The notes beneath the pieces are model-generated. The model worked only from the letters and a program-made list of their open reading frames with translations. It ran no database searches and had not been told where the DNA came from. A program made the translations under genes and the position numbers. A stretch of 63,728 nt of DNA, counting the filler, from Lenisia limosa (taxonomy: Eukaryota; Protista; Breviatea): the NCBI GenBank assembly GCA_001655205.1. It is 8 parts of 8 records of this genome, joined end to end, with 100 filler letters (N's around TTAATTAATTAA, not from the genome) between each part and the next. Parts side by side here need not be neighbours in the genome. Positions count along the whole stretch, not along the records: positions 58,577 to 60,680 come from LPNZ01009616.1; positions 60,781 to 63,728 come from LPNZ01005632.1; 6 more parts are not named here. One strand, written 5' to 3'. Below, in pieces: positions 58,934 through 63,728 of the stretch (within the stretch, counting starts at the first letter, position 1; every line of letters begins with the position of its first letter).

Positions 58934-60670
58934 CTAACACTTCCTTTTCTTAGCCCATCTCGTCAAAAATGGGGGGGGGGGGNNNNNNNNNNNNNNNNNN
59001 NNNNNNNNNNNNNNNNNNNNNNNNNNNNNNNNNNNNNNNNNNNNNNNNNNNNNNNNNNNNNNNNNNNNNNNNNNNNNNNNNNNNNNNNNNNNNNNNNNNN
59101 NNNNNNNNNNNNNNNNNNNNNNAACAACTCTATTGGCTGACAACACACGAGGGTTGAGAACAACAAAACAAACATAGCCAAGCCAGCCGCTTCTACAGCA
59201 CCGCATGGGGGTGAGGGGTGCAGGAAAATAACATGAATTGAGGANNNNNNNNNNNNNNNNNNNNAAAAAGACAACAAGAAAAGACCCCCACCAAACAACA
59301 AAATCCTAGCCTACCGGCAGCGTCTGTAGTGAAGGGGCTCTCGGGAGAGACGTCTAGACCGCATGACGGCGGACGGTCGGGGAGAACCTCGCCGGTTTTC
59401 TCGGAGGCAATCAACATGCTGTATTGTCAGATTAAGGCGTTGTTATTAGGGGGGGGGGGGGGGNNNNNNNNNNNNNNNNNNNNNNNNNNNNNNNNNNNNN
59501 NNNNNNNNNNNNNNNNNNNNNNNNNNNNNNNNNNNNNNNNNNNNNNNNNNNNNNNNNNNNNNNNNNNNNNNNNAACGTCTAAGATAAACATCGGAACAGT
59601 ATCTTTAGCGTCATATAAGCATGACGAACCTTAAAGGATGCTGTGTCTCGGCAGCCGGGGTGTCAGGGATGAACCCGGAAACAGGCTCAGGTTTGATGAC
59701 GTCAGCGAGGGCCTTTTTCATTTCACTAACCTAATATGGTAAGTCACTTGCGCAATAGGTAATTTAGAAATTTGAAAAACTATCACTACCAATGATTGGT
59801 GTGATGCATCTTCTCAATTAGGGTTTAACTACGATTCGAAAAAAGACTGAATTTCTCGAAATAAAATTACCGGTAGATTTCGAACCGAAGTGAAGCCCTA
59901 TTCACAATACACAGCACCATACCGCTCCAGTAGTTGGCGGGATGATGGATGGAACCTTGAAAGTACCCACTCTGAAATAGTAAAATCAACGACTCAAAAA
60001 AAGTTCCAAAAAAAACTATGCATGATGTAATATTCAACAGATTGTGTTGATAAATTTCTGTCAAAATTTATAGTTCCCCCCCCCCCCAACTTATTCTTGC
60101 GTGCCGCTGCCGCAAGCAAATCCTCTCCAGCGCCCTCGGAGTCCTTTGCTGTCAAGTCCATCAAGTGGGTGGAGTCCTTAGAATGCTCGGAAGGCTCAGA
60201 AGCCTGGGCCAGAGCAGCCGTTGATAGACCTAGAAGCCCGGAAATCGTGCTGGGGAGTTGGCTCTCTTCCCTCTTACTCAACTCTTCCTTCTCTTCTTTC
60301 TCCTCCTTCTTCTCTACTTTCACTTCAACCTCTTCCTTTTCTTCTTCATGATTCTCCTCCTTTTGCTCCTCCTTCACATCATCCTTATCTTCTTCTTCAT
60401 CAAACTTCTTCTTTTCCTTCACCTCAACATCATCTTCTTCCTTGTTCTCCTCAACCTTTGGCTCAGTTTCCTTCATTTCCGCTTCTGCTTCCGGCACCAC
60501 CGGTATTGACGGAATAGAAGCGCTCAGCAGGTCATTGGCCGTGGTGTTAGCCGGAATCTGGGTCTGAGCAATGAGGGAAGTCGCGGCCTGATCAGTCATG
60601 AGGCTCGGAGCGCCCGTGGTTCCGAGCATTGTTCCGACGGAATTCTGAAGCATCTCGGCTGAGGGAACTA
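58934..60670 (-). CDS. Multi-exon Glu/Lys-rich hypothetical protein (partial)
   Basis: Long exon ~60091-60668 (EAEAEMKETEPKVEENKEEDD..) followed by a GTTGGGG donor; downstream exons VSEMKKALADVIKPEPVSGFIPDTPAAE and HVDCLRENRRGSPRP. Confidence 0.55.
59125..59206 (-). repeat. Dispersed ~85-bp intronic element, copy 3
   Basis: CAACTCTATTGGCTGACAACACACGAGGGTTGAGAACAACAAAACAAACATAGCCAAGCCAGCCGCTTCTACAGCACCGCAT aligns to 43872-43954. Confidence 0.8.
59819..59900 (-). mobile_element. hAT-like MITE, 82 bp
   Basis: Imperfect 11-bp TIRs TAGGGTTTAAC / GTGAAGCCCTA (9/11); 8-bp TSD TTCTCAAT/TTCACAAT (7/8); the reverse complement aligns to the 56042-56140 copy. Confidence 0.75.
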
Positions 60671-60680
60671 GACAAAATAA

Positions 60681-60780
60681 NNNNNNNNNNNNNNNNNNNN
60701 NNNNNNNNNNNNNNNNNNNNNNNNTTAATTAATTAANNNNNNNNNNNNNNNNNNNNNNNNNNNNNNNNNNNNNNNNNNNN
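60681..60780. other. Artificial assembly spacer
   Basis: N44-TTAATTAATTAA-N44. Confidence 0.95.
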
Positions 60781-60959
60781 ACAATTTCGGAGGGTTGCAA
60801 ATTCTTGGTCCGCTATTCTTCAGTCTCATCCGAGAAAGTAGCTTATTGTTCTCGATGTGGCTAAGCCTGTTTTTTATGAAACTTTCTATTTTGGTAGTTC
60901 AGGTTGATGGCTATTTAAAGGCAATTTGTCCCACTAAAAAAGGCGCCTTAACTCCACTT

Positions 60960-62780
60960 TAATATGGCTAACTTTTGATGCCAAACTGCCCCATCAGAGC
61001 CCGTGCTGCGTCCAAGACGTCAATAAGCATTGGCAGTTTATATGCGAACGGCTCTTTCGATCCACGATTCACGCCAAGTGACACAGTTATCGCTTGAAAA
61101 AAGAGCGCCTTCTGTCTGGAGGAGTCACGGTGCATCATGCATGTAATTCGACAACAGGTGCGGAGGTACTTGAACCTAATGGATTAGAGTAGAGAGAGAA
61201 AGGTAAATGTTTGTATGATAATACATAATAGAAATATTTTAATTAATCACTAAGATATGGATTACTACATGAATATTTCAGTGCTATATTATTGATGTAT
61301 CTGCTCATGTTGCCCCTCCCCAATACTTAATCGCCTTGATGACGAATTCGATATTGTCATGATCTCCACTTTAAGGCAGGTAACACTCAATAAAGCCGAT
61401 GATATCCCCTCCACACAATCCATCGATTGGACTTACAAAAACTTACCTTGACAGCAAGGTCGAAGTCATGAAATTGGTAGAGTGCTTTATGCAGGGAAAG
61501 CAAGCGGCCTGAAAGGATATCCTGAACTGAATAGCCACTGTCCACATGGGCAATGGAGAATTTGGCAAAGGAGCGGACGTCATCATTGAAGTTTTGATAG
61601 TCTTGAGTTAGAACAATACACATACAGAACTTTGTTAGTGACACTCTAGCAGTATTAAGGATCATCACCATCCTGTCATATTTCGGCATTTTGTTCCCGT
61701 CGAACTCCATAGGCCCCCCATTGGCGGAGCAGACATTGAAGAGCAAATCTGGTTACATCAAAAAAGGAACCTTCGTATTCTCTGCAGATGCCTGCCCCAA
61801 AGTGCCAAAGGGTGTGGAAGAGTCCCAAGCCCGACTTTGTCAAAAAAAAAAATTAGTGGGCTGGCACATATCCTTGCCCTGGACAACCTTGGCGGACTCC
61901 TCAGTTAACATGGAGCCCACATCACCAATTCTACTCTATTAGACACCGCCCCCACTGTGATATGAATACCCCTCCCCCAACCGAACGCAACTAGGATGTT
62001 TCTGTAATTGACTATGTTTCAGGAGAGGGTCTGTTTTCTTGTTTCACAGCATTATCGTACCAAAACAAGTATTACCTTGTACTTTTCGTCTCAGTTGGCA
62101 CTCAGGAATTAGCGAATCATCTCAAGTTGGTGTTATGTGCTTCTAGCAGCTACCTTTTCCAGGGGAAGGAATGTTGTCAACGCAGGTGAGGGAGTATCGA
62201 CTTTCGCCTAAAGAGTCGCCACACAATGCACAACCGAAGTTGAAACGCGACTGGAGTACAGGAAGGGTATACACTGGCATTTTATGAATTACAAAACGGA
62301 AACTGCCATCATGGCCTTTCAATTATATTTCTCTCTTTGCCAGTTCTTTGCTGTTTCCTAACGGTTAACTTGTCACCTTGATTCTCAAAGACTTCTGGGG
62401 TTTTGTCACTGCCCCTAAAGGAATGGAAAACCATATAAACGGACTGAGTTTTATTTTCAAAATAAATTAAAACAGACTACCAGCAGAATCGATTCCAGGT
62501 AATGTTAGCAACTGAATCACGAGTCCGACGCTTTTCCGTTTCATCATCTAGAAGATTAAGTACAAACTGACCTCCAAAAAGAGTATCCACCCGCTTTAAT
62601 AGCATTGTCAATGCACCTTTATCACGATGGTACCCCCATGTTCCCTTTCCTTCCGGACGAACTGACTTACCTGTACTGAACACTCCTTTTTGAGCATTCC
62701 CTTCCACTATGCGATGTTTAATGACGTCTTCGCATTCATTGAAAAGCAACAAGGTCAAAAAAGGTTGGGACTGTGGCATG
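60960..62780 (-). pseudogene. Intron-containing, probably decayed DUF6589-like gene (possibly transposase-related)
   Basis: Ordered motifs NQGDKLTVRKQQ (~62350-62385), LGLFHTLWH (~61805-61830), YQFHDFDLAVK/SGDHDNIEFVIKAIKYW (~61320-61480), FKY.. (~61160). One splice acceptor looks damaged and the 3' frames contain stops. Family call from remembered motifs only. Confidence 0.45.
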
Positions 62781-63055
62781 CAAAGTTATATACGTACATA
62801 CATGTATATAGTAACATATATTATATCAATAATCCGCAATAGGAAAAAGTTGTGAGTACCTTAGCTACCAACTGGTTCTTTTTTTTGCAAAAAATGACAT
62901 GAATAGTGATGTAAACAGAGCCCTGACATTTCGGTCAAGACTTATCCATATGTATGTATATCTATCTCTCTCTATTACATACTACATACATGTCGTACAT
63001 ATTATCTATTTTACACTTATACATATTGTAAATATATTTTTTTTTATGGGGGTCC

Positions 63056-63115
63056 TCAAAGCTCCGGACAACATTCAAAATTCACCAGACACATCAAAAC
63101 TCCCGGACAGCTTGA
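63056..63115 (+). repeat. Dispersed ~60-bp triple-motif element, copy 2
   Basis: TCAAAGCTCCGGACAACATTCAAAATTCACCAGACACATCAAAACTCCCGGACAGCTTGA, framed by GGGGTC (63049-63054) and GACCCC (63120-63125). Confidence 0.8.
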
Positions 63116-63728
63116 AGTTGACCCCTTGTATGGGTCAATTGTAGTGTTAAATACAAAACTGGTTCCATAGATTCAACCTCCCAATGTTCAGTAGGGATAG
63201 CTCTGATACTAAACATATTTGTCCTCATGAACAGTACACTTTTTTTGCAAAAATAAGATCTGATAATAACAAACTTCTTTGAATCTAGTTTTCATATAGT
63301 GACTATTTTTTGTAAAATAGGATAGGGTAGAGGCAAATCCCAATGTTTAAGGGGGTAGGGTCCAGGAACAATGTGTATATGAAAGGTATATATATATCAT
63401 ATCTAAATATCATATATCATATGTATATATCTAATATATACATTACATAGCTAGATGTATATAATCATAAAATATCAACAAAGATGCAATTAAAATGTGT
63501 CCTTTGTATAATATCAAGTATCAACTCTAACCATATACATATATATCGATATGTATACATATGATATCATATATGTAGGTGAAGGTACATAATTGTGTCC
63601 AGTCACATTATTGTGTCCACTTTTTTATTCTTTGAATTTTTTGCTTAAAAAACCCTTTGTATGGATAATTGTAGATAAATATTCATGTATTGATGTAATA
63701 AATTATTTTGGGCTGAGGCCTGCTTCCA

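Noticed and set aside
165-63144. Most short six-frame ORFs in the supplied track
   Set aside because: They are exon-plus-intron read-throughs, antisense shadows of real exons, or spans of N gaps.

Overview
AT-rich, very intron-dense genomic DNA from a eukaryote, probably unicellular (organism not identifiable from sequence alone). It appears to use the standard genetic code and GT-AG introns with a loose GTNNG donor. The window is a concatenation of 8 assembly pieces joined by artificial 100-nt spacers (N44-TTAATTAATTAA-N44) and has many internal gaps, most starting at G/C homopolymers. Host genes are fragmented into short exons, so all gene models are manual and approximate. They include a multi-calponin-homology protein, an RS-rich protein, a weak Brix-like and a weak RasGAP-like gene, a membrane/SH3-like/M60-like region, several coiled-coil proteins and an orphan. 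Firm calls are a tRNA-Phe(GAA) at 15131-15203 and a Tc1-type DD34E transposase with two introns and a nonsense codon at 57210-58476. The most notable locus is a decayed, 5'-truncated non-LTR retrotransposon (RNase H plus C-terminal CCHC) lying head-to-head just upstream of the tRNA. It is bracketed by three copies of a ~40-bp repeat, which suggests repeated insertion at a tRNA-linked target site. Other observations are a hAT-like MITE family with 8-bp TSDs, a dispersed ~85-bp intronic element, a DUF6589-like spliced gene, and polarised G-tracts at intron 5' ends with C-tracts at 3' ends.
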